Shown here piece after piece: positions 8,996 to 17,115 of a DNA stretch of 52,679 nucleotides (its first letter is position 1; each line of letters opens with the position of its first letter). The stretch is taken from the NCBI GenBank assembly GCA_001781335.1, contig MFLL01000010.1, positions 1 to 52,679 of the forward strand, in the 5' to 3' direction. The notes beneath the pieces were generated by a model that was given only the letters and a program-made list of their open reading frames with translations, was not told the DNA's origin and ran no database searches. Source of the stretch: Candidatus Kaiserbacteria bacterium RIFCSPHIGHO2_02_FULL_55_25. GTDB taxonomy: Bacteria; Patescibacteriota; Minisyncoccia; Phycocordibacterales; UBA2100. The translations under genes were made by a program, and so were the position numbers.

Positions 8996-9442
8996 GCTTC
9001 TAGGTTCTAGCGGCTAGGTTCTAGGTATGAATCCGGAAATCGAATCACACAAAGATCTGCTGGTTTGGCAAAAAGCAGTCACGCTCTCCATGGCAGTCTA
9101 TGCGATGACAGAAAAGTTTCCCGCGAGGGAAATGTACTCGCTTTCGTCGCAAATGCGTCGTGCGGTCGTATCCATACCTTCAAACATCGCGGAAGGGAAA
9201 GCGCGTCGCACGCGAGCCGACTATGTGCATTTTCTCCACATGGCATACGGTTCAGCATCCGAACTGGAAACCCAACTATTGATAGCGGCACGGCTCGGTT
9301 TCTGTTCCGAAAAAGTCTATGAAGAAACCAATTCACTGCTCGCAGAAGTGAGTAAGATGTTGCGTGCTATCATAAATAAACTAGCGACGGCTCGTTAGCT
9401 TGCTGTGTTCTGCCTAGAAGCTAGCCGCTAGTCCCTAGCACC
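8996..9442. repeat. pair of ~30-bp imperfect inverted repeats (8996-9025 and 9413-9442) bracketing the four-helix-bundle gene
   Basis: Left arm gcttctaggttctagcggctaggttctagg. Reverse complement of the right arm ggtgctagggactagcggctagcttctagg. I count 25/30 matching positions, including the core CTAGCGGCTAG. Confidence 0.75.
9027..9398 (+). CDS. four-helix-bundle protein (23S rRNA intervening-sequence protein family)
   Basis: LLVWQKA..., FPAREMYSLSSQMRRAVVSIPSNIAEG, GSASELETQLLIA: the signature motifs of this family, at ~123 aa. Confidence 0.85.
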   Translation: MNPEIESHKDLLVWQKAVTLSMAVYAMTEKFPAREMYSLSSQMRRAVVSIPSNIAEGKARRTRADYVHFLHMAYGSASELETQLLIAARLGFCSEKVYEETNSLLAEVSKMLRAIINKLATAR

Positions 9443-9448
9443 TATACT

Positions 9449-9955
9449 ATGCAATTCCAAGTTCCTCAATTCATAGAGGTGGAAGACAAAATTTTCGGGC
9501 CACTGACCTTCAGGCAATTCGTTTTTATCGCCGGAGGCTTCGGAATGGCCTATGTGCTATGGAGAATGTTGCCCATCTACCTCGCGGCGCCACTCATCCT
9601 CGGGGTAGGAGCACTTGCGGCGGCGCTTGCATTCTTCCAGTTCAACGGGCGACCGTTTATCCTCGCGCTCGAGAACGGCTTTTACTACATAATCCGGTCA
9701 AAACTGTACCTGTGGAACAACGCCAACAAGAAGCGGGCCGCGGTGAAGACAGCCGCGACGACCGCGCAGAATGACGTATACATCCCGAAAATTTCCGACA
9801 GTAAACTGCACGAACTCGCGTGGAGCCTCGACATCAAAGAGCGCATAGCCGCCGGCACGGCAGGGGACGACGAGCGGGGCGGCGCGCTCACCGGTGTGCG
9901 CACGCCAAAAGAAATCCTTTCGCACATGGGCGGGCGGGTAGCCAACAGCCAGTAG
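9449..9955 (+). CDS. PrgI-family (VirB3-like) T4SS membrane protein
   Basis: N-terminus MQFQVPQFIEVEDKIFGPLTFRQFVFIAGGFGMAYVLW followed by a second TM helix, the typical PrgI layout. Confidence 0.75.
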   Translation: MQFQVPQFIEVEDKIFGPLTFRQFVFIAGGFGMAYVLWRMLPIYLAAPLILGVGALAAALAFFQFNGRPFILALENGFYYIIRSKLYLWNNANKKRAAVKTAATTAQNDVYIPKISDSKLHELAWSLDIKERIAAGTAGDDERGGALTGVRTPKEILSHMGGRVANSQ

Positions 9956-9960
9956 TCTTT

Positions 9961-10053
9961 AGAACGTAGTGCGTAGAAAACACAATGCAAACACAAGATA
10001 CAATTCAAGGCATCCTCGCTACGTACTACGTACTAACTACTACGAACTAATGT
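9961..10053 (+). repeat. 93-nt intergenic element, copy A (degenerate hairpin), filling the gap between PrgI-like stop and next ATG
   Basis: Aligns without indels to 10725-10817; I count 10 substitutions in 93 nt. ACGTAG/CTACGT-rich arms flank a conserved AT-rich 45-nt centre. Confidence 0.85.
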
Positions 10054-10719
10054 ATGGCGGAAACACCAATCATGACGCCGCGCGCAAGCGCCAAGTCGAC
10101 ACAAGACTTCGTGCCGATTTCCCAAGTACGCGATGGTGTTGTGCTCCTCAAAGACGGCGGACTACGGGCGGTCCTGCTCGCATCAAGCATCAACTTCGCA
10201 CTCAAAAGCGAAGACGAGCAGACCGCGTTTATCGTGCAATTCCAGAACTTTCTCAACTCTCTCGATTTTTCGTTGCAGATATTCGTGCAGTCGCGCATGC
10301 TCGACATCCGTCCGTACGTTGCGACACTCGAGGCCGCGTACAAGGAGCAACTCGACGACCTCATGCGCATCCAAATCCGTGAATACATCGAGTTCATCAA
10401 AAGCTTCACCGAAGCCGCCAACATCATGACGAAAAACTTCTTCGTTGTTGTGCCGTATTCGCCCGCGGTCATCACGAAACGCGGCGGCGCGAGCGCGCTG
10501 AACCCGTTCGGCAAAAAACAGACGGCGAGCGAGGCCGACCACTCGTTCGAAGAACAAGTGAGCCAGCTGGAGCAGCGCATTTCTATCGTCCAGCAGGGCC
10601 TCGTGCGTACCGGTGTGCGCACCGTGCAGCTCGGCACCGAGGAGGCGATAGAGTTGCTCTACAAAATGTTCAACCCCGGCGAAGAGGGCAAGCCGATGCC
10701 CGTTCAGGGCAGTCAGTAG
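10054..10719 (+). CDS. hypothetical protein resembling the N-terminal ~200 aa of Gram-positive-type VirB4 (TrsE/Orf16-like) ATPases
   Basis: STQDFVPISQVRDGVVLLKDGGLRAVLLASSINFALKSEDEQTAFIVQFQNFLNSLDFSLQIFVQS matches my recollection of the N-terminus of long VirB4 homologues. No search was run. Confidence 0.5.
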   Translation: MAETPIMTPRASAKSTQDFVPISQVRDGVVLLKDGGLRAVLLASSINFALKSEDEQTAFIVQFQNFLNSLDFSLQIFVQSRMLDIRPYVATLEAAYKEQLDDLMRIQIREYIEFIKSFTEAANIMTKNFFVVVPYSPAVITKRGGASALNPFGKKQTASEADHSFEEQVSQLEQRISIVQQGLVRTGVRTVQLGTEEAIELLYKMFNPGEEGKPMPVQGSQ

Positions 10720-10724
10720 CTGAC

Positions 10725-10817
10725 AGAACGTAGTACGTAGAAAATACAATGCAAACACAAGATACAATTCAGGGCATCCTCACTACGTTCTACGTACTAC
10801 GTTCTACGTACTAATCT
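10725..10817 (+). repeat. 93-nt intergenic element, copy B, with a perfect 18-bp inverted repeat (10725-10742 / 10788-10805) and 45-nt loop
   Basis: agaacgtagtacgtagaa ... ttctacgtactacgttct are exact reverse complements. The loop carries two TACAAT boxes. The element ends at the ATG of the VirB4 gene. Confidence 0.9.
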
Positions 10818-12737
10818 ATGAACCTTACCGACCTTCTTCCGTTCAAGAAAAAAGCCGCCGCGGGGCCGGATATTTTGCCGGTACTACCCGAAGAAATCTA
10901 CCAGACGGGGGTACTCGACCTGCAGGACGTCATCGCACCGCATGCGCTCAAGGTAAATTCTCGCGAACTCGACTTGGGCGAGAAAATCGCGCGCACTTTC
11001 TTCGTCATTTCATACCCGCGCTTTCTCACCACGGGATGGTTCGCCCCCATCATCAACATGGACAAGGTCATCGACATTTCCATCTTCGTCCATCCGATGG
11101 ACACCAACGAAATGCTCCGTAAGTTCCAGAAAAAAGTCGCCGAGGTGCAGAGCCAAATCTCGACGCGCGAGCAGAAGGGGATGGTCCGTGACCCGATGCT
11201 CGATACCGCATACTCCGACCTCGAGCAGTTGCGCGACAGCCTCCAGCAGGCGCAGGAACGCATCTTCGACGTCGGACTCTACCTCACCATCTACGGCAAC
11301 ACGCGCGAAGAGATAGACAAGGTGGAGAGCGACGTGCGCTCCATTCTCGAATCGCGCCTCGTGTACATCCGCCCCGCACTCTTCCAGCAGGAACAGGGTT
11401 TCCGCTCCGTCCTCCCGCTGTGCACCGACGAGCTCGACGTGCACACAAAACTCAATTCCGCGCCGCTCTCATCCATCTTCCCGTTCATCTCGTTCGACCT
11501 CACCTCCGACCGCGGCATTCTCTACGGCATCAACCGTCACAATTCATCTCTTATTCTCTTCGACCGCTTCTCGCTCGAAAACTACAACTCCGTGACGTTT
11601 GCAAAATCCGGCGCCGGCAAAAGCTACACAACAAAACTTGAGATATTGCGCTCTCTCATGTTCGACACCGAGGTCATTGTCATCGACCCTGAGCGCGAAT
11701 ACGAATATCTCGCGGAGACCGTCGGCGGGCGCTACTTCAATATCTCCCTCTCCTCGGAGCACCACATTAATCCTTTTGACCTGCCCATCCCGCGCGAAGA
11801 TGAAAATCCGAGCGACGTGCTTCGCAACAACATCATCACGCTCGTCGGGCTCTTCCGCATCATGCTCGGCGGGCTCACGCCGGAGGAAGACGCCGTCATT
11901 GACAAGGCAATCACCGAAACCTACGCGCTCAAAGACATCACCTCGGATACGAATTTCGCACAGGTTGAGCCGCCGCTCCTCTCCGACTTCGAGCTCGTTC
12001 TATCCGGCATGGAGGGGAGCGAGTCGCTCGTGCAGCGTCTGTCCAAGTACACGAAGGGTACGTGGTCGGGATTCATGAACCGCCCGACGAACGTCGACAT
12101 GAATAAAAAGCTCGTCGTCTTCTCGGTGCGCGACATGGAAGACGACCTCAAACCGGTCGCGATGTACATAATCACGCACCACATCTGGAATCAGGTGCGC
12201 AAAGAGCTCCGCAAGCGCCTACTCGTCATCGACGAAGCCTGGTGGATGATGCGCTCCGAAGACACCGCGTCGTTCCTTTTCTCCATCGCAAAACGCGGCC
12301 GCAAATACTACCTTGGTATCTCGACCATCACACAGGACGTGTCCGACTTCCTGAACTCCCCGTACGGCATTCCTATGATAACCAACTCGTCCATTCAGCT
12401 CCTGCTACGCCAATCACCGACCTCCGTCGACCTCGTACAAAGCACGTTCAAGCTCTCCGACGAAGAGAAGTACCTTCTGCTCGAGAGCGACGTGGGGGAG
12501 GGTATCTTCTTTGCCGGTCTAAAACACGTTGCGCTCAAAGTCATCGCCTCATATACGGAAGATCAGATCATTACCTCGGACCCGTCGCAAATTCTCGCAA
12601 TCAAAAAGGCGAAACAGGAGCTCGACGCGTCGAATGACGCGCCCCGGCCCGTTGCCATGCCCGCCGCGCACGCACCGGGCACCGACACCGCACCAGCGCC
12701 GCAGGCTCCGTCCAGTAACGCCCTACGGGAGGTATGA
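10818..12737 (+). CDS. virB4: VirB4/TrsE-family T4SS ATPase
   Basis: Walker A FAKSGAGKSYT, Walker B RLLVIDEAWWMM, and ISTITQD... motifs. YPRFLTTGWFAPII...IDISIFVHP region typical of VirB4. Confidence 0.85.
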   Translation: MNLTDLLPFKKKAAAGPDILPVLPEEIYQTGVLDLQDVIAPHALKVNSRELDLGEKIARTFFVISYPRFLTTGWFAPIINMDKVIDISIFVHPMDTNEMLRKFQKKVAEVQSQISTREQKGMVRDPMLDTAYSDLEQLRDSLQQAQERIFDVGLYLTIYGNTREEIDKVESDVRSILESRLVYIRPALFQQEQGFRSVLPLCTDELDVHTKLNSAPLSSIFPFISFDLTSDRGILYGINRHNSSLILFDRFSLENYNSVTFAKSGAGKSYTTKLEILRSLMFDTEVIVIDPEREYEYLAETVGGRYFNISLSSEHHINPFDLPIPREDENPSDVLRNNIITLVGLFRIMLGGLTPEEDAVIDKAITETYALKDITSDTNFAQVEPPLLSDFELVLSGMEGSESLVQRLSKYTKGTWSGFMNRPTNVDMNKKLVVFSVRDMEDDLKPVAMYIITHHIWNQVRKELRKRLLVIDEAWWMMRSEDTASFLFSIAKRGRKYYLGISTITQDVSDFLNSPYGIPMITNSSIQLLLRQSPTSVDLVQSTFKLSDEEKYLLLESDVGEGIFFAGLKHVALKVIASYTEDQIITSDPSQILAIKKAKQELDASNDAPRPVAMPAAHAPGTDTAPAPQAPSSNALREV

Positions 12738-13774
12738 AACGGCTCGTGCTCGCAGTGCTCGCTATCGTGTTTGTGGCTGTGGTGTACCTGCCTGCGCAGG
12801 CAGGCGCACAATTCCTGATTCCGGGCGCGGAAAGCGCGCTTTCTGTTTCGTTCTCTCCGCAATATCCCGCACCGGACAGCAATGTCACATTGACACTTCA
12901 GAGTTCGCTGTACGACCTCGACTCAAGTTCCGTTACGTGGACGGTCAACGGAAAGGAGGCTACCAGCGGAGACGCGGCGACACCTGTCAATGTGAAGACG
13001 GGTCCGCTGGGAAGTAAGACCGACGTGCGGGCCGACATCACGGGGCCGAATGGTTCGGCATCGGCCACCGCGACCATCATCCCGTCCTCCGTCGACCTCT
13101 TGTGGGAATCCGACTCGTACGTCCCGCCTTTTTACAGCGGTCGTGCGCTGCCGTCCGCGGGCTCTCGCGTGCGGCTTGTCGCGCTCACGCATTTTGTGCG
13201 CCCAGGCGGAGGAGAAATCCCCGCGGACCAGATTGTTTTTACGTGGACCAAAGACAGTGAGGTTCTCGGCGACTCTTCCGGTCGAGGTAAATCGTCAATA
13301 ACAGTCGACGGACCGACCCTCTTCGGGACGGAGACGATTGTAGTTGAAGCAGCATCCCTCGACGGAAGTATTGCGGGGCAGGCACTCATACGCATTCCCG
13401 ACACGGAACCGAAGCTTACGCTGTATGAAAACCACCCGCTCTTTGGGGTGCTGTATCATCAGGCACTCGGTGCCACCACGTTCGTGCCGAAAAACGAAAT
13501 GTCGTTCACTGCGGTTCCGTACTTCGCTTCCGCCGTCTCCTCCGGCGACGTCGGCTTGCAATATGAGTGGCGTGTAAACCAGAGTCCCATCACCACTAGT
13601 CCGACGCACGGCAATGAAATAACCGTCAACGCAGCCTCGTCGACGGGACTCATGGCGCTCATCAACCTCTCGCTCACGCATGTGTCGAATTACTTTCTAA
13701 GCGCAGCGGGATCGTGGAGCGTTACCTTCAACAAAAGTGGTGGCCCGGCCGGCGGGGATGTCTTCCATCAATAA
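12734..13774 (+). CDS. hypothetical secreted protein with ~3 tandem beta-sandwich-like repeats
   Basis: Signal peptide MKRLVLAVLAIVFVAVVYLPAQAGA. Recurring ...VTWTVNG / IVFTWTKD / LQYEWRVNQ segments. ATGA overlap with virB4. Confidence 0.6.
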   Translation: MKRLVLAVLAIVFVAVVYLPAQAGAQFLIPGAESALSVSFSPQYPAPDSNVTLTLQSSLYDLDSSSVTWTVNGKEATSGDAATPVNVKTGPLGSKTDVRADITGPNGSASATATIIPSSVDLLWESDSYVPPFYSGRALPSAGSRVRLVALTHFVRPGGGEIPADQIVFTWTKDSEVLGDSSGRGKSSITVDGPTLFGTETIVVEAASLDGSIAGQALIRIPDTEPKLTLYENHPLFGVLYHQALGATTFVPKNEMSFTAVPYFASAVSSGDVGLQYEWRVNQSPITTSPTHGNEITVNAASSTGLMALINLSLTHVSNYFLSAAGSWSVTFNKSGGPAGGDVFHQ

Positions 13775-13777
13775 CGT

Positions 13778-14995
13778 ATGCCGTCTTCTTACCACATGCT
13801 CAGATACGCAGTCGCCGCCATCGTCGTGATGATGCTCGGCGGGCTTCTCGGTTGGTATATGTTTGTGAACAAACAGGTCGCCACCACGCTCGGCAACGAC
13901 GCGGCGCGCGGCTTCGGAACGTCGGCATCATTCGGGTCATCTGCCGGAAGTACGTATACCAACAACTCGGCGGGGTCGACACTCCCGGATGTTCAAGCGG
14001 GTACCGGCAATCCAGCGCCACGTCTCTGGAAGGTGGCCTCTACGCCGGTTTCCGGTGCTGGATTTGCTGCATCCTCGACACAGCTGTACTTCGCCGAGCG
14101 TTCATCCGGCAACGTCCTCGTCGCGGACCCGTTCGTGTCATCGGTCACGCGCCTCACGAATACGTTGTTACCGAAGGTGTACGAGGCACTATTCGCGTCA
14201 GACGGCTCTGTCTTGCTCCGCTCGACAACTGATACGGACACCATAAGCACATACGCCGGCACGGTAAGCACGACGACTGACGAGGGCCCCGTACCGCTCA
14301 CCGGCACATACCTGCCGCAAAATATCACAGCGGTGAGTGTGCGTTCCCCGCAGCAACTGCTCTTTCTTGTGACAGCGCCTACCGGCGGAGCGGCTGGAGT
14401 CACCGCGAACTGGAGGGGCTCGTCGCAGAAACCCGTTTTCGCTTCCACACTGCAGGAGTGGCGCGTATGGTGGCTTGCCGACGGCCGCATGTATGTTGCA
14501 CAAAAACCGTCTGACGGCGTCATGGGATACGCCTTTACGCTCAAGGGTGGCGCGTTACTAAGTCTCGTGAACGCCCCGGGTCTCTCGATATTGCCGCGGA
14601 CCGACTCTACTGCACTTATATACAGCAGTTCGGCCGGTGGCGTGAACCTGTTCGGGCAAACCTCGGCAAGCGCCACCCCGGTACGGCTTTCTGTCCGTAC
14701 TCTTGCCGAGAAGTGTGTCTGGGCACCCGGCAAAGACCTCATTGCATACTGCGCGGTGCCGCAGGTGACGCCGACGAAGGTCGACTATATGGAAGAGTGG
14801 TACCGCGGCGCGACCCACACGTCGGACGCGTGGTGGAAAGTTGATGTATCCTCCGGTACGGCGCAAAGCCAATTTACGCCGGACTCCGGCACCTCGTTCG
14901 ACGTTGAACATCCCGTCATCAACGAAAACGGCGATTACATCGCTTTCATAAATGCCGCCGACAAATCACTCTGGATGCTGCGCATAACACCATGA
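13778..14995 (+). CDS. hypothetical N-terminally anchored protein, beta-propeller-like ectodomain
   Basis: TM helix AVAAIVVMMLGGLLGWYMFV. Beta-rich C-terminal part ending INENGDYIAFINAADKSLWMLRI (TolB/PD40-like flavour, weak). Confidence 0.55.
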   Translation: MPSSYHMLRYAVAAIVVMMLGGLLGWYMFVNKQVATTLGNDAARGFGTSASFGSSAGSTYTNNSAGSTLPDVQAGTGNPAPRLWKVASTPVSGAGFAASSTQLYFAERSSGNVLVADPFVSSVTRLTNTLLPKVYEALFASDGSVLLRSTTDTDTISTYAGTVSTTTDEGPVPLTGTYLPQNITAVSVRSPQQLLFLVTAPTGGAAGVTANWRGSSQKPVFASTLQEWRVWWLADGRMYVAQKPSDGVMGYAFTLKGGALLSLVNAPGLSILPRTDSTALIYSSSAGGVNLFGQTSASATPVRLSVRTLAEKCVWAPGKDLIAYCAVPQVTPTKVDYMEEWYRGATHTSDAWWKVDVSSGTAQSQFTPDSGTSFDVEHPVINENGDYIAFINAADKSLWMLRITP

Positions 14996-15735
14996 CATCA
15001 CTTCGCTCACATGTTCGCGTCGCTCTTGCGCTATTCGCCTTTGGTATCGTGTTTGTCGCCACGGTGGTTTACGCGCAAGCGCCCCTGTGCGACGGCAAGG
15101 GCTTCTGCGCACTCGCGGTCCCCCCACCTTCTTCGAAGTTGGGACAACTGTACGGCACGACAAGTCTCGCCGGATTTCTCAACGGTCTCTTTACAGCCGC
15201 AATTTCCATCGGCGCGATACTCGCGGTACTGCGGATTGCCTATGCGGGATATGAATACATGACGAGCGATGCGTGGGGGAATAAGGCGCGTGCCAAAGAA
15301 ATCATCGGTGATGTCGTCCTCGGGCTGATGCTTCTGCTTGGCACATACCTGATTCTCAACCAAATAAACCCGCAACTGCTCAACCTGAACATTCTGACTG
15401 GCGTCTCGCAAAACCCCTCCGCGGCGACACCAGCGTCTGCAGACCCGTATGCCGCGAGAAACGCCGAGATAGTGCGACAGCAGGAAGCGATTACGCAAGC
15501 CCGGGATGCAAAGTACTCACCGGCCCAGTGTTCGGCCGCCACTCAATGGCTTGACCAGAACATCGGGGTCGGCAACCGCATAAACAATCCGACGCGCGTA
15601 AATGAAATAAACGGACAATTGGCTCGGGGAGGAATTTCCGCAGATCAGCGCACTGCCCTCATCGCCGAGCGCTCAAGTCTCATGAATCAAGTGCAGTTGA
15701 GTATCGCGACCGAGGCGAGTTGTGCCGGTCGTTAG
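14992..15735 (+). CDS. T4SS pilin-like (VirB2/TrbC-type) protein with ~110-aa C-terminal extension
   Basis: Signal peptide, then two hydrophobic helices separated by AYAGYEYMTSDAWGNKARAKEII, the layout of the T4SS_pilin family. ATGA overlap with the upstream gene. Confidence 0.65.
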   Translation: MTSLRSHVRVALALFAFGIVFVATVVYAQAPLCDGKGFCALAVPPPSSKLGQLYGTTSLAGFLNGLFTAAISIGAILAVLRIAYAGYEYMTSDAWGNKARAKEIIGDVVLGLMLLLGTYLILNQINPQLLNLNILTGVSQNPSAATPASADPYAARNAEIVRQQEAITQARDAKYSPAQCSAATQWLDQNIGVGNRINNPTRVNEINGQLARGGISADQRTALIAERSSLMNQVQLSIATEASCAGR

Positions 15736-15811
15736 TACCTCCACTCTCAACAGTACCCGGAAGAGTACGACGACTGCCTGTCGGCCGTGACCCCGTCTCA
15801 CCTTGTGACTC

Positions 15812-16288
15812 TTACTCTGTGGAGTATTTTATTACTACTCGGCGATTTCGCCCCTCTCCTTGCGATTCTGTCTTCACATTCGGTGCGTCTTGAAGCGTTG
15901 TGTGAATGATGAGGCGTTCATAGGCACTCATCGGTGTGAGTTCTACATCGTATTGAAAAGAGCGCGCGCGTTCCGCCAGCATGAGCGCTTTGGTCTGCAA
16001 ATCTTTTATCTGTTTCGCCCGGTAGTCGTTGATATCAACGAGGAACATCGGGCTATCCGCCCCCTCCGCGACCGGCTGCCGTTTCTCTAGAATCTTTTTT
16101 ACGAGCATATCGAGCGCATAGATGGTGTCGCCGTGTGCGCCGATGAGCGTGCGGGCATCGTCGGTCTCTATCGTGAAGATGGTCTGGCCGGCGATGTCGG
16201 TGCGCGTGACGCCTTTGTAGGAAGCTCCGAGTGTGGTCAATAACTCCTTGATGATTGTTTCGACGGAGCTGGCGTATGAGTCCTCCAT
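15812..16288 (-). CDS. jag: Jag/KhpB-type RNA-binding protein (KH + R3H domains)
   Basis: C-terminal ERLIIHTTLQDAPNVKTESQGEGRNRRVVIKY (R3H). Located immediately downstream of yidC, as in most bacteria. Confidence 0.85.
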   Translation of the reverse strand: MEDSYASSVETIIKELLTTLGASYKGVTRTDIAGQTIFTIETDDARTLIGAHGDTIYALDMLVKKILEKRQPVAEGADSPMFLVDINDYRAKQIKDLQTKALMLAERARSFQYDVELTPMSAYERLIIHTTLQDAPNVKTESQGEGRNRRVVIKYSTE

Positions 16289-16329
16289 CGAGGCACTATA
16301 CGCTATTTTCCCGCGACACGCGAATATCC

Positions 16330-17070
16330 TTATTTAGAGGCCTTTTTTGCCGTTCCGAAGCGACGGCCGGTCATGAGTTCCTGTGCAATCATAAAGATGT
16401 TGCCGGTAATCCAGTAGAGCGGCGCGGCCGCGGCTATGAAGTAAGCGATAACACCGACCATCACGGGGAGCATGTAGCGCGCCTGCAAATCGAAGCTCCT
16501 CGCCATGTCGTTGCTGAATGAAGCTTCGGTCGCCGTCTTTTCTCCGCGCGGCCCCATTGAGAGGCGTGTGTAGATGAATTGCGCGACGACAGCAAGGACG
16601 GCGAGTACGAGCGAGCGGCTCGACATATTGATAAGACCGAGGAATTCCATATTCACGGCGTTCGGCACCACGACAAACGGGTACAAGATGGCTGTGTGTA
16701 TCTCGGGCAACCCGCCGAGCGCAAAGACCCAGTAGAGGCCGAGCAGTATCGGGAGCTGAATGAGAATGAGCAAAAAACCGGAGAACGGTTTGACTCCTCG
16801 CTCACGATACAGCGCGAAGATTGCCTTGCTTTGCTCTTCCGGCTTATCTTTGAGTCTCTTCTTGATCTCCTCTACTTCCGGCGCCACCTCTTTCATTTTC
16901 ATCTGTGTTTTGATGGCGCTTCTCGACAACGGGTAGAGTACGATACGGACCATAATGGTCACGATGATGACGGCGATACCGACATCATGCGTCGGTAGGA
17001 TGCCGACAAAATAGACGAGTCCATTGTAAATCGGATTGTAGACGAGTGTGTCGAATACGGCGCCTATCAT
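16330..17070 (-). CDS. yidC: membrane protein insertase YidC (short form)
   Basis: YidC/Oxa1 core: five TM helices, KMKEVAPEVEEIKKRLKDKPEEQSKAIFALYRERGVKPFSG motif. Synteny with rnpA and rpmH. Confidence 0.9.
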   Translation of the reverse strand: MIGAVFDTLVYNPIYNGLVYFVGILPTHDVGIAVIIVTIMVRIVLYPLSRSAIKTQMKMKEVAPEVEEIKKRLKDKPEEQSKAIFALYRERGVKPFSGFLLILIQLPILLGLYWVFALGGLPEIHTAILYPFVVVPNAVNMEFLGLINMSSRSLVLAVLAVVAQFIYTRLSMGPRGEKTATEASFSNDMARSFDLQARYMLPVMVGVIAYFIAAAAPLYWITGNIFMIAQELMTGRRFGTAKKASK

Positions 17071-17115
17071 AATTCAACGATTGTATACCGTATCCCGCTG
17101 CACGTATACTGTGGG

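Noticed and set aside
9961-10817. Possible CRISPR array or tandem repeat locus, given the repeated ~93-nt units.
   Set aside because: There are only two copies, separated by a 671-nt protein-coding gene rather than short spacers. The units are far longer than CRISPR repeats, and there are no cas genes in the window.
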